From: the human T2T-CHM13v2.0 reference genome, Homo sapiens
Assembly (NCBI RefSeq): GCF_009914755.1
Contig: NC_060932.1
DNA length: 64,000 nucleotides
Direction: 5' to 3' (one strand)
Under the pieces are notes generated by a model. The model made no database searches. It had not been told where the DNA came from and saw nothing but the letters and a program-made list of their open reading frames with translations. Below, piece by piece: positions 43,698 to 55,769 of this stretch. The first letter of the stretch is position 1. Each line of letters begins with the position of its first letter. The translations under genes were made by a program, and so were the position numbers.

Positions 43698-43985
43698 TGC
43701 TGAGCATGGTGGTTCACACCTGTAATCCCAGTACTTTGGAAGGCCAAGGCAGCAGATGGCTTGAGTTGCAGACAAGCCTGGGTAACATACCAAAACCCCG
43801 TCTCTACTAAAAATACAAAAAATTAGCCACTTGTGGTGGTTTGAGCCTGTAGTCCTGGCTACTAGGGAGGCTGAAATGGAAAGATCACCTGAGCCTGGGA
43901 AGTCAAGGCTGCAGTGAGCCATAATCACATCACTGCACTCCAGCCTGGGGGACAGGATTGAGATCCAGCCTCAAAATTTAAAAAA
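43698..43985 (+). mobile_element. AluJ
   Basis: J-type gaagtcaaggctgcagtgagcc; flanking repeat agtattat. Confidence 0.9.
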
Positions 43986-44199
43986 GTATTATCCCTCCAT
44001 TAAGAGCACTAACACACAGTTTAGTAATTACTGATCAATTATACCTCCTTTTATGCATTGCTGCCCCATACTTTTCAACTACCTGGATCATTGCATTGGC
44101 ACAATGCAAGATGTTTTCCCTGATAACTACCAGTTCACTCTTCAGCAAACAGGCTGCCACCTGGTTCCAGAGACAATTCACATGCCACATACTATTTGA

Positions 44200-44470
<271 letters not shown>

Positions 44471-45180
44471 GAGGCAACCACATTTTAAAAACTGTCTTTT
44501 TGGACTAGTCCAGGTATCAACTGTGATTATTCAGGTCCTCAAACAAACAGTAAAAAACAAAAACAAACAAACAAACAAAACATGCCTTTGAATAATAAAA
44601 GAAAGATGGAGTAAGAGAAAGCAGGGAGCACTCATGTATGACACTCATGAAAAGAGAAGGGGATGGAGGGATGATTGAGCAGGACTGAAATACTGCCATA
44701 AAAAAATTAGATTGATGGGAAGCCCCATGGGAAGGAAAACCTACTCTTTAGAAGAGTCTCACACTGACCCAGAAGGACCCTGACCTAGTAATCACATAGT
44801 GCTTGGTCATAGGCTATGAATAGTCTGGTGAAAATGTAGCCTCAGAAGGAATGCTATGGCAGATGCAGCAGCAGGAACCTCTTAGCTTATCACATTTCTC
44901 ACAGCTGTGTCTCTCTTGAAGGGAGATCTCATCACCCTAAGATGAGCTCTTAACCCATAATCTATGTATGAAAGAAGGAATACAAGACAGAGACTTTCGA
45001 TTAGCTTGGATTCACTATCATCTACAATGTCCTACAAGGTGCTGTTGGTCTGGCTCTTTCTATCTCTCCAGCTTATCTTCCTATTCTCTTTCCTTTGCTC
45101 TCTGTGCCAACCCCAACATTTAGTTTTGAGTTCTTTCAATGTGTGTTTTTTCTCTGGTACCAAAATATCATTTGCATGTT

Positions 45181-45626
45181 TGAAGTAGGTTGAATAACGG
45201 CCATCCAAAGATATCAAGTCCTCAGCCCTGCAAATCTAAAATATTGCCTTATTTGGAAAAAAAAAAAAAGTCTTTGCAGCTGAGATTCAGCTACAGATCC
45301 TGAGGTGATGCAATTACTCTGTATTTTCCAGCCCTAATGCAATTCCAAGTGCAAGGCAAAGAGCAATAACAGACAAACAGAAGAAGACAACGTGAAAACA
45401 GAAGCAGGGATCAGAGTGATGCAGTCACAAATTCCACAATCCCAGGGCAGCCAACAGCAGCTAGGAGAGGCAAAAATAAGAACCCTGATTCTTCCCTGCA
45501 GCCCCTGGCAGGAGTGTGGTCCTACTGGGGTTTGGACTTCTAGCCTCCAGAATTGTAAAAGAATAAATTTCTGTTGCATTAAGTCCTCAAGTTTGTGGTA
45601 ATTTGTTACCTCAGGAAGCTAATACA
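45181..45626 (+). mobile_element. MaLR solo LTR (MLT1D-like)
   Basis: tgaagtaggttgaataacggcc ... ggacttctagcctccagaattgtaaaagaataaatttctgttg ... aagctaataca. Confidence 0.85.
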
Positions 45627-46859
45627 ATATTTTACCAAGGATGTGTTTGCGTGGGGTGGGAGAGAGGGAGACAGTTAACTTAGACATCTGATTGATGGAG
45701 AAACTACTGTAAATTAAATGTGGACCCTGGAATTTAAACTGGATAAAGCCTGGAAGGGACTTTGAGGTGTGTCTCTCAGAAAAGGGTTGAATTGGGTTTA
45801 ATCTGTGGAAAAAGGCAGCAAAGCAGAAAAGCAAACTGTGGCAAAGGCAGTATTCATCAAATATTTCCTGTCCTATGTTCCGTATCTCAGCTACCCTTAA
45901 AGTTAAGTTGGGTCCCCATGGTAGTTTTGACAAGGAATTACAAAAGGAAGGGATGTACAATTTCCTCACCAACAGTGAGAAGTCATTGTCCTTTGTCCAT
46001 TCCTTTCTTCTCTTGACTCAGAAACAGGAAGTCTCCTGTTAAACAAAAACACATGATAAAGATTCCTTGCCTAAAAAATGAAGCCGGGCTGTCTGACCAG
46101 CCTTGGAATTTGCATGTGTAAGAGAGGTTTGTTAAGCCATTGAGCTATTGAATTTTCCTTGTGACTACAGGATAACCTGACTATAAAAATAACTTAATAT
46201 CTTTAATGGGAAAATGAGTTACATGAATATCTGTAACAAAAGATTTAATAAAGTATGTGCCAAGAGAGGTGTTAACAGTGTACTGTTGGAGTTTGGAGAA
46301 AATGAATGTTTACTTATGTAATATTTTTTACTCTTGTCTGTAGAATCAAGGTAGCATTTAAACAGAATTTGTAAAAGGGCCAGATTTCTTTGGATAGAGA
46401 TGTTAAGAAAGAAGCATTTCTGGTGTATAGAATGATGTGAGCATATATGGCAAAGTTTGTGGCATGTGGGGTGAATGTAAATAAAAACAAAACCACAATA
46501 ATATAATTATACCTAGTATTTATTGAGCATTTTCACTGGTCATGCAATATTTTAAAGGCATCACTAGTATTTACCTATTTAAACTTCATAATGAGCCTAA
46601 GAGTTAATTTGTTACCCCAATTTTCACGTCAAAGCTGAAACTTGGAGATAAACAACTTACAAATGTTGAATGCCTTGTAAATGGTGCAGACTGAATGTAA
46701 ACTCAGGCATCTGCATTTTTGTGTAAAACCATAATATAGGACGAGTCCCTGTCAGTAAACTTTCATCTACACATAATAGAAAACTCAACTAGTTTCAAAA
46801 ACACAATATTGTTTTATATGACAAGAAGTTTATGAGTGGGGCTTCTCCAGGAATGGTAT

Positions 46860-47263
46860 TGTCAGGTCTCTGAGCCCAAGCTAAGCCATCATATCCCCTG
46901 TGACCTGCACGTACACATCCAGATGGCCGGTTCCTGCCTTAACTGATGACATTCCACCACAAAAGAAATGAAAATGGCCTGTTCCTGCCTTAACTGATGA
47001 CTTTATCTTGTGAAATTCCTTCTCCTGGCTCATTCTGGCTCAAAAGCTCCCCTACTGAGCACCTTGTGACCCCCACTCCTGCCTGCCAGAGAACAACCCT
47101 CCTTTTTCCTTTACCTACCCAAATCCTATAAAACAGCCCCACCCCTATCTCCCTTCGCTGACTCTCTTTTCGGACTCAGCCCACCTGCTCCCAGGTGGAA
47201 TAAACAGCTTTATTGCTCACACAAAGCCTGTTTCATGGTCTCTTCACACGAACACAAGTGAAA
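46860..47263 (+). promoter_or_regulatory. 5' LTR7 (404 bp), candidate promoter/enhancer
   Basis: tgtcagg..ctgagcccaagctaagcc start, two gttcctgccttaactgatgac copies, TATA (cctataaaa ~47126), AATAAA ~47199, end gtgaaa. Confidence 0.93.
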
Positions 47264-47265
47264 TT

Positions 47266-47283
47266 TGGTGCCGTGACTCAGAT
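47266..47283 (+). other. Primer-binding site for tRNA-His
   Basis: tggtgccgtgactcagat, 17/18 match to TGGTGCCGTGACTCGGAT. Confidence 0.93.
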
Positions 47284-47406
47284 CGGGGGACCTCCCTTGG
47301 GTGATCAATCCCCTGTCCTTCTGCTCTTTGCTCTGTGAGAACGATCCACCTATGACCTCAGGTCCTCAGACTGACCAGCCCAAGAAACATCTCACCAATT
47401 TCAAAT

Positions 47407-47415
47407 CCGGTAAGC
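47407..47415 (+). promoter_or_regulatory. HERV-H major splice donor
   Basis: aaatCCG|GTAAGC, GT at 47410-47411, about 150 nt downstream of the 5' LTR. Confidence 0.8.
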
Positions 47416-47699
47416 AGCCTCTTTTTACTCTCTTCTCCAACCTCCCTCACTATCCCTCAAACTCTTTCTCCTTTCAATCTTGGTGCCACACTTCAATCTC
47501 TCCCTTCTCTTAATTTCAATTCCTTTCATTTTCTGGTAGAGACAAAGGAGACACGTTTTATCTGTGGACCCAAAACTCTGGTGCCAGTCACGGACTAGGG
47601 AAGGCAGCCTTCCCTTGGTGTTTAATCATTGCAGGGATGCCTCTCTGATTATTCACCCAGGTTTCAGAGGTGTCAAACCACGCAAGGATGCCTGCCTTG

Positions 47700-48030
47700 G
47701 TCCTTCACCCTTAGCAGCAAGTCCTGCTTTTCTGGGGGAGGGGCAAGAATCCCAACCCCTTCTCTCCGTGTCTCTACCCCTTCTCTGCTTTTCTGGGGGA
47801 GGGGCGAGAACCCCTCAACCCCTTCTCCTTCACCCTTAGCGGCAAGTCCCGCTTTTCTGGGGGAGGGGCAGGAACCCTGACCTCTTATCTCTGCACCCTG
47901 ATCCCTCATTTCCGTGCCCCAACCTCTTATCTCTGCATCCCAATCTCTTATCTCTGTGCCCCAACCCCTTATTTCTGCCCCCCCGACCCCTTCTCTGCTT
48001 TTCTGGAGGGCAAGAACCCCCCACCCCTTC
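47700..48030 (+). repeat. HERV-H leader repeats
   Basis: Duplicated ccttcacccttagc.gcaagtcc.gcttttctgggggaggggca and about five ~19-bp cttat(c/t)tctg(c/t)nccc units at 47880-47980. Confidence 0.8.
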
Positions 48031-48934
48031 TCCATGTCTCTACTCTCTTTTCTCTGGGCTTGCCTCCTTCACTATGGGCAAGCTTCCACCTTCCATTCCT
48101 CCTTCTTCTCCCTTAGCCTGTGTTCTTAAGAACTTAAAACCTTTTCAACTCTCACCTGACCTAAAATCTAAGTGTCTTATTTTCTTCTGCAATGCCGCTT
48201 GACCCCAATACAAACTCGACAGTAGTTCCAAATAGCCAGAAAATGGCACTTTCAATTTTTCCATCCTACAAGATCTAAATAATTCTTGTCATAAAATAGG
48301 CAAACAGTCTGAGGTGCCTGACATCCAGGCATTCTTTTACACATTGGGCCCTCCCTAGTCCCTGTTCCCAATGCAACTTGTCCCAAATCTTCCTTCTTTC
48401 CCTCCCGCCTGTCCCCTCAGTCCCAACCCCAAGTGTCCCTGAGTCTTTCTAACCTTCCTTTTCTACAGACCTATCTGACCTCTCCCCTCTTCACCAGGCT
48501 AAGCTAAGTCCCAATTCTTCCTCAGCCTCCGCTCCTCCACCCTATAATCCTTTTATCACCTCCCCTTCTCACACCCTGTCCAGCTTACAGTTTCGTTCTG
48601 TGACTAGCCCTCCCCAACCTGCCCAGCAATTTCCTCTTAAAAAGGTGGCTGGATCTAAAGTCATAGTCAAGGTTAATGCTCCTTTTTCTTTATCCCAAAT
48701 CAGATAGTGTTTAGGCTCTTTTTCATCAAATATAAAAACCCAGCCCAGTTCATGGCTTGTTTGGCAGCAACCCTGAGATGCTTTACAGCCCTAGACCCTA
48801 AAAGGTCAAAAGGCCGTCTTATTCTCAATATACATTTTATTTACCCAATCTGCTCCCGACATTAAATAAAACTCCAAAAATTAAATTCCGGCCCTCAAAC
48901 TCCACAACAGGACTTAATTAACCTCGCCTTCAAG

Positions 48935-49225
48935 GTGTATAATAATAGAGAAAAGTTGCAATTCCTTGCCTCCACTGTGAGACAAACCCCAGCCACATCT
49001 CCAGCACACAAGAACTTCCAAACGCCTGAACTGCAGTGGCCAGGCATTCCTCCAGAACCTCCTCCCCCAGGAGCTTGCTACGAGTGCCAAAAATCTGGCC
49101 ACCAAGCCAAGGAATGCCCGCAGCCCAGGATTCCTCCTAAGCCATGTCCCATCTTTGTGGAACCCCACTGAAAATCGGACTGTTCAACTCACCTGGCAGC
49201 TACTCCCAGAGCCCCTGGAACTCTG
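48935..49225 (+). pseudogene. gag: HERV-H gag remnant (nucleocapsid)
   Basis: CYECQKSGHQAKEC (CX2CX4HX4C), followed by a degenerate second knuckle CPIFVEPH*KSDC. Confidence 0.88.
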
Positions 49226-49351
49226 GCCCAAGGCTCTCTGACTGACTCCTTCCCAGATCTTCTCAGCTTAGTGGCTGAAGACTGACGCTGCCCGATCACC
49301 TAGGAAGCCCCGTAGACCATCACGGACGCCAAGCTTTAGGTAACTCTCACA

Positions 49352-49711
49352 GTGGAGGATAAGTCCATCCCCTTCTTAATCAATACGGAGGCTACCTACT
49401 CCACATTACCTTCTTTTCAAGGGCCTGTTTCCCTTGCCTCCATAACTGTTGTGGGTATTGACGGGCAAGCTTCAAAACCCCTGAAAACTCCCCAACTCTG
49501 GTGCCAACTTGGACAATACTCTTTTATGCACTCTTTTTTAGCTATCCCCACCTGCCCAGTTCCCTTATTAGGCCGAGACACTTTAACTAAATTATCTGCT
49601 TCCCTGACTATTCCTGGATTACAGCTACATCTCATTGCTGCCCTTCTTCCCAATCCAAAGCCTCCTTTGAATCCTCCTCTTGTATCCCCCCACCTTAACC
49701 CACAAGTATAA
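49352..49711 (+). pseudogene. pro: HERV-H protease remnant, catalytically dead
   Basis: FLINTEATYS in place of the DTGA motif; LLGRD motif retained. Confidence 0.88.
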
Positions 49712-49729
49712 GATGCCTCTACTCCCTCC

Positions 49730-51420
49730 TTGGTGACCGATCATGCACCCCTTACCATCTCATTAAAACCTAATCACCCTTACCCCACTCAATGCCAATA
49801 TCCCATCCCACAGCACGCTTTAAAAAGATTAAAGCCTGTTATTACTCGCCTGCTACAGCATGGCCTTTTAAAGCCTATAAACTCTCCTTACCATTCCCCC
49901 ATTTTACCTGTCCTAAAACCAGACAAGCCTTACAAGTTAGTTCAGGATCTATGCCTTATCAACCAAATTGTTTTGCCTATCCACCCCATGGTGCCAAACC
50001 CATATACTCTCCTATCCTCAATACCTCCCTCCACAATCCATTATTCTGTTCTAGATCTCAAACATGCTTTCTTTACTATTCCTTTGCACCCTTCATCCCA
50101 GCCTCTCTTCGCTTTCACTTGGACTGACCCTGACACCCATCAGGCTCAGCAAATTACCTAGGCTGTACTGCCGCAAAGCTTCACAGACAGCCCCCATTAC
50201 TTCAATCAAGCACAGATTTCTTCCTCATCTGTTACCTATCTCAGCATAATTCTCATAAAAACACATGTGCTCTCCCTGCTGATTGTGTCCGGCTAATCTC
50301 CCAAACCCCAATCCCTTCTACAAAACAACTCCTTTCCTTCCTAGGCATGGTTAGTGCGGTCAGAATTCTTACACAAGAGCCAGGACTGCACCCTGTAGCC
50401 TTTCTGCCCAAACAACTTGACCTTACTGTTTTAGCCTAGCCCTCATGTCTGTGTGCAGCAGCTGCCACTGCTTTAATACTTTTAGAGGCCCTAAAAATCA
50501 CAAACTATGCTCAACTCACTCTCCACAGTTCTCATAACTTCCAAAATCTATTTTCTTCCTCCCACCTGACGCATATAATTTCTGCTCCCAGGCTCCTTTA
50601 GCTATACTCACTCTTCATTGAGTCTCCCACAATTACCATTGTTCCTGGCCCAGACTTCAATCTGGCCTCCCACATTATTCCTGATACCACACCTGATCCC
50701 CATGACTGTATCTCTCTGCTCCGCCTGACATTCACCCCATTTCCCCGCATTTCCTTCTTTCCTGTTCCTCACCCTGATCACACTTAGTTTATTGATGGCA
50801 GTTCTGCCAGGCCTAATCACCACACACCAGCAAAGGCAGGCTATGCTATAGTACAAGCCACTAGCCCGCCTCTTAGAACCTCTCATTTCCTTTCCATCGT
50901 GGAAATCTATCCTCAAAGAAATAACTTCTCAGTGTTCCATCTGCTATACTACTACTTCTCGGGGATTATTCAGGCCCCCTCCCTTCCCTACACATCAAGC
51001 TCGGGGATTTGCCCCCACCCAGGACTGGCAAATTGGCTTTACTCAACATGCTCCGAGTCAGAAAACTAAAATACCTCTTAGTCTAGGTAGACACTTTCAC
51101 TGGATAGGTAGAGGCCTTTCCCACAGGGCCTAAGGAGGCCACCACAGTCATTTCTTCTCTTCTATCAGATGTAATTCCTCAGTTTGGCCTTCCCACCTCT
51201 ATACAGTCCAATAGCAGACCGGCCTTTACTAGTCAAATCACCCAAGCAGTTTCTCAGGCTGCTAGTATTCAGTGAACTAATGGTCTTTTAAAAACACACC
51301 TCACCAAGCTCAGCCACCAACTTAAAAAGGACTAGACAATTTCCCTTCTCAGAATTCAGGCCTGTCCTCAGAATGCTATAAGGTACAGCCCATTTGAGCT
51401 CCTGTATAGACGCTCCTTTT
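49730..51420 (+). pseudogene. pol: HERV-H pol remnants (RT N-terminus, RNase H and integrase pieces) with deletions and stops
   Basis: QYPI..SPYHSPILPVLKPDKPYKLVQDL..SVLDLKHAFFTIPL..FAFTW; tttattgatggcagt (FIDGS); gtagacactttcactgga (VDTFTG). Confidence 0.88.
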
Positions 51421-52028
51421 TATTAGGCCCCAGTCTCATTCCAGACACCAGACCAACTCGGACTGTGCCCCAAAAAACTTGTCATCCCTACTATCTTCTG
51501 CCTAGTCATACTCCTATTCACTGTTCTCAACTACTCATACATGCCCTGCTCTTGTTTCCACTGCCGGTTTACACTGTTTCTCCAAGCCATCACAGCTGAT
51601 ATCTCCTGGTGCTATCCCCAAACTGCCACTCTTAACTCTTAAACAAATAATCTTTGCTGGCAGGACTATGCTGAATCTCCTTAGGCACTCTAATTAGATG
51701 TCCTGGGTCCTCCCAATTCTTAGACTTTTAATACCTGTTTTTCTCCTTCTCTTATTCCATTTAGTTTTTCAATTCATATAAAACTGTATCCAGGCCATCA
51801 CCAATAATTCTAAATGACAAATGTTTCTTCTAACAGTCCCACAATATCACCCCTTACCACAAAATCTTCCTTCAGCTTAATCTCTCCCACTCTACGTTCC
51901 CACGCCACCCCTAATCCCGCTCAAAGCAGCCCTGAGAAACATTGCCCATTCTCTCTCCATACCACCCCCAAAAATTTTCACCATCTCAACACTTTACCAC
52001 TATTTCATTTTATTTTTCTTATTAATAT

Positions 52029-52041
52029 AAGAAGACAGGAA
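52029..52041 (+). other. Polypurine tract
   Basis: aagaagacaggaa directly before the TG of the 3' LTR. Confidence 0.8.
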
Positions 52042-52392
52042 TGTCAGGCCTCTGAGCCCAAGCTAAGCTATCATATCCCCTGTGACCTGCACGTACACAT
52101 CCAGATGGCCGGTTCCTGCTTTAACTGATGATATTATCTTGTGAAATTCCTTCTCCTGGCTCATCCTGGCTCAAAAGCTCCCCTACTGAGCACCTTGTGA
52201 CCCCCACTCCTGCTTGTCAGAGAACAACCCCCCTTTTTCCTTTACCTACCCAAATCCTATAAAATGGTTCCACCCCTATCTCCCTTCGCTGACTCTTTTC
52301 GGACTCAGCCCACCTGCACCCAGGTGAAATAAACAGCTTTATTGCTCACACAAAGCCTGTTTGGTGGTCTCTTCAAACAGACGCGAGTGAAA
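52042..52392 (+). promoter_or_regulatory. 3' LTR7 (351 bp) with poly(A) signal, lacking one U3 repeat unit
   Basis: Collinear with the 5' LTR except for a 51-bp and a 2-bp gap; AATAAA at ~52328. Confidence 0.93.
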
Positions 52393-52832
52393 GGTATTCC
52401 ATTGGCTTAACATTCCAAATATTTTTGATTTTTGAGATTATTTTCCAACTTTCAGAGTATTTCATTTTCTCAGGCAAGCTCCCTCCCTACCCCACCCAGT
52501 TGTAAAAGGGCTGCCATATATTAGATGTCATAATTAGACATAAAAATGTCCAGCAGACATAAGATTGTTGCTGTGTTTTTTATTGTTGTTTTTTGTTGGT
52601 GTGTTTTTCTGTGTGACTTTTTTTGATTAGCTAGGAAAACTTTCCCAATAATGACAGCAGGCTTTCCCTCTTGGGATAGGACTGATTTACAAGCAAATCA
52701 TTGGTAAAGGGGATAGTCGAAACTTATACACTTTCTGGATTAAATTAATCAGGGTTTTCCCGGTGTCTTTGGAGATAGAATTGAAATAGGGGATCTGTTA
52801 GCAAGGAAGAATGGGGGAATGGCTGTAGGTAG

Positions 52833-53282
52833 CGTAAGGTCCACCATGGTCGAGTCATTGTGACCCCTGTGACCCACACATACAGGTCTCCTGGAGTCAC
52901 AAAGCCTGGAGCAACAGGAGAACCACTACAGAAGAAACAGCTAGTTCCTGCCATAACGGATTAACCGACCTTGAAACGTTCCACCATTGTGATATGTTCC
53001 TGCCCTACCCTAACTAATCAATCTACCTTGTGATATCGTGCCTTGTGGCCTCCCCCCACCTGGTGACTATGCACCTTGTGACTTTCTTCCCCTGCCCGAA
53101 AAGCTGCCCCTAACTGTAACTTTCCACTACCTACCCCAAACCTATAAAACCAGTTCCACTCCCACCACCCTTTACTGACTGCCTTTCCGGACTCAGCCCA
53201 CTTGCACCTGAGTGAATAAACAGCCTTATTGCTCACACTTAGCCTGTTTGGGTAGTCTCTTCAATTAGGCATGCGCATAACA
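52833..53282 (+). mobile_element. ERV1 solo LTR related to HERV-H/F LTRs (LTR21/LTR46-like; family uncertain)
   Basis: 450 bp, TSD ggtag (52828-52832, 53283-53287), TATA cctataaaa, R region ggactcagcccacttgcacc..aataaacagccttattgctcacac homologous to LTR7 but with a different U3. Confidence 0.85.
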
Positions 53283-53853
53283 GGTAGGTAAACAACAGTG
53301 TGCACTAAAGAGTGGGAATGTTTCAAAAAGATTTCAGAATAATTCAAATTCCAGCAGAGAAAGTGGGAATTTAATTGACACAGAAAGGCATGATATGTAT
53401 TTAGACTAGGGGGTGATTTTAACAAGGTTGTGTCTTAAAAATTAATCTTACAATTCTGCATAAAATATATTTGAGGTTGGCAAATTTGAGTCAAGTCTAT
53501 TGCAATAGTCCAAGAATAATTAAACTAATATGTTGAGCATGAGAATATCAGAAAATTCTTGCAATAAGTTAGGGATTAAAGAGATCAATTCAATATGATA
53601 ATATTGTTGAAAGGAGTAATTAGACAAGCTAGATCTCAACTTTCTAGCTTGGGTTGATCTGGTGATGCTATTAACATAATTAGAATAACTAAGAGTTTCA
53701 TCATAATGTATGATAAATTTCAGTTTAAAAAATACTGAATTTGAAAAGCTAGAACACCTATAGTCAGAAATATGCAGAAGATAGTTTTCAAGATATTTCT
53801 CAAAATGGTGAGAGTTGATGAGATAAAAGCTGTTGACTGATAAGAGCTTGAGC

Positions 53854-54148
53854 AACTGGGTATGGTGGCTCATGCCTGTAATCCCAGCACTTTGGGAGGC
53901 TGAGGAGGGCGGATCACTAGGTCAGGAGTTCAAGACCAGCCTGGCCAACATGGCGAAACCTCATCTCTACTAAAAATACAAAAAATAGCTGGGCGTGGCG
54001 GCAGGTGCCTGTAATCCCAGCTACCTGGGAGGCTGAGGCAGGAGAATCGTTTGAACCCGGGAGGCAGAGGTTTCAGTGAGCCTCCATTGCACTCCAGCCT
54101 GCACGATGGCATGAGACTCCATCTCAAAAAAAAAAAAAAAAAAAAAAA
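53854..54148 (+). mobile_element. AluS (Sg-like) with a small internal deletion
   Basis: Dimeric Alu with poly(A); gtgagcctccattgc lacks the gagatc segment. Confidence 0.93.
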
Positions 54149-55769
54149 CTTGATATTTAGGAATCATTTACAAAGAAGTGAACATCAAAATTACAGCAAT
54201 AATTAAAGCAAACTGAGGACAGACTAGAAAGGCCAAAAGATAGGAAATTTAGAAATACAGAGGAAAAGATGAAAGCACTCAGTAAAGTGAAGGAGTCTTC
54301 TGAAATAGTTAACAATATAGTAGCTTAATTGGACAAAAGGTGTCTGATAAAAATGGAAGCAATACAAGGTAAAACAAAATGTTGACTAACAACCAGAAAC
54401 ATTGAGATGATGTAATATATATTTGTAAATAACTCAGGCAATATTATTTCTTTAATTTATTTAACAATAATGAATAGTGCCTAGTTGGAAAGAATGAGGG
54501 AGAAAGCTGATGAGGATTACATGGACTAAGTAAAGTAGAAGGTCAAGTATAGTAGAGGGTCAAAGAAAAAAAATGTTAAGGTACAAAGACCACATTTTTT
54601 AACTAAGCAAAAAAGTTATGTTTTCGATATCCCGGACAGAATCATAATTGGGTTGGTTTGGACAATACCCTAAATTATTGTGCAATTCTTTTCTTTTTTA
54701 TTTTCAGATTCTTTCTTATTCGTAAGAAAAATTAAACAGCAAAAACTGCTGTTTTGAGTTTGGTAAACTTCTTCTCTAGATGATTAAAGTTCTTGAAATA
54801 TGCATTTCCCATGAAGCCAAAGGTAACACATCTGTATACCGCTTTAGCTATTTGCTATTCAAGGAAAGTTAAAACGGGATGCAATATTAAGGAGCTGAAA
54901 CACAATAATCTTTCTCTGCCGAATTCTTTCCATTACGAAAAACTAGATTATAAAAATGGTTTCATTAATAATCTCTCCCTCCTTTGTCTAAAGAGATAGT
55001 TGCAATAAGTTGCCTTTTTATATAATGCCCCTAATAACTTCAAGAGATTTAACTTTTCTTGTTTTCATAAAATATGAAAACTATTAAAGTTTTACATTTT
55101 TATTTTTTCTGAATTTTATATTTTGGTTAGTTTTTGCCTGAATAAATCACCTAATTTTTTCCTTGACTTTTAAGGCAGTTTGTTTTATTTGACAAATGAC
55201 AGGTTGTTTATAAGTGAGATTTATACATTTTTGAAAAGGAAAAATGGAACATGGTATTGGACTAAAGCAATAGAGAGTGACCTTGCATCTTGCTGTCGGT
55301 TATAGTTTACAGTGACTCTCATAGATGCATTTCCATTCCAAAATAAGTTTTTGACTCTGCAATTCTTAAACTATTCTTTACAGATGAGAAGGAATTAGAA
55401 ATATTTCGGGAGCTCGCAAGTGGTTGATTGTATCTTTGTTGGATAAAACCAAACTCCCAAGCTGGAAGGCTTTCTTAGGAAATTGCCAAGCTTGTTTTTC
55501 TTGTCTTGCCTTACCTTGTTTTGTCTTTCCTTGTTTTGTCATGTCTTGGTTCAGTCCTTAATGGAAAGTCACCAAAGCCCCATATCTCTCCCTTGGCCCT
55601 CCATCATGTTGGACCTTCCTAGATGACCAGCTGTTTCTCAAGGAAAAAGGATGCTTGGATGCTCCCTAAGGACACAGAGCTTATCTTAACAAAAGCAATA
55701 TGTGTACAGGTTTCTAAACCTGCTCAGACCACATATGTATAGCTTAAGGGCATTCAACAGCTAAAATGC

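Larger units (their letters stand above)
46860..52392 (+). mobile_element. HERV-H provirus (LTR7-HERVH-int-LTR7), about 5.5 kb, common internally deleted non-autonomous form
   Basis: Two homologous LTRs, TSD ggtat (46855-46859, 52393-52397), His PBS, gag/pro/pol remnants, PPT; no env ORF. Confidence 0.97.
46750..53305. mobile_element. Old MaLR LTR (MLT1K/J-like) in three pieces (~46750-46859, 52393-52832, 53283-53305), host of both ERV1 insertions
   Basis: ctgttagcaaggaagaatgggggaatggctgtaggtag|...|gtaaacaacagtgtg continues across the solo LTR; gaaaactttccca; aatcattggtaaagggga. Confidence 0.55.

Noticed and set aside
47880-47980. Regularly spaced ~19-bp repeats resembling a CRISPR array
   Set aside because: Contiguous degenerate tandem units of the HERV-H leader with no unique spacers and no cas genes; eukaryotic context
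51420-52030. HERV-H env gene
   Set aside because: Only about 600 bp remain between the integrase remnant and the PPT, with no env-like ORF; fits the common env-deleted form
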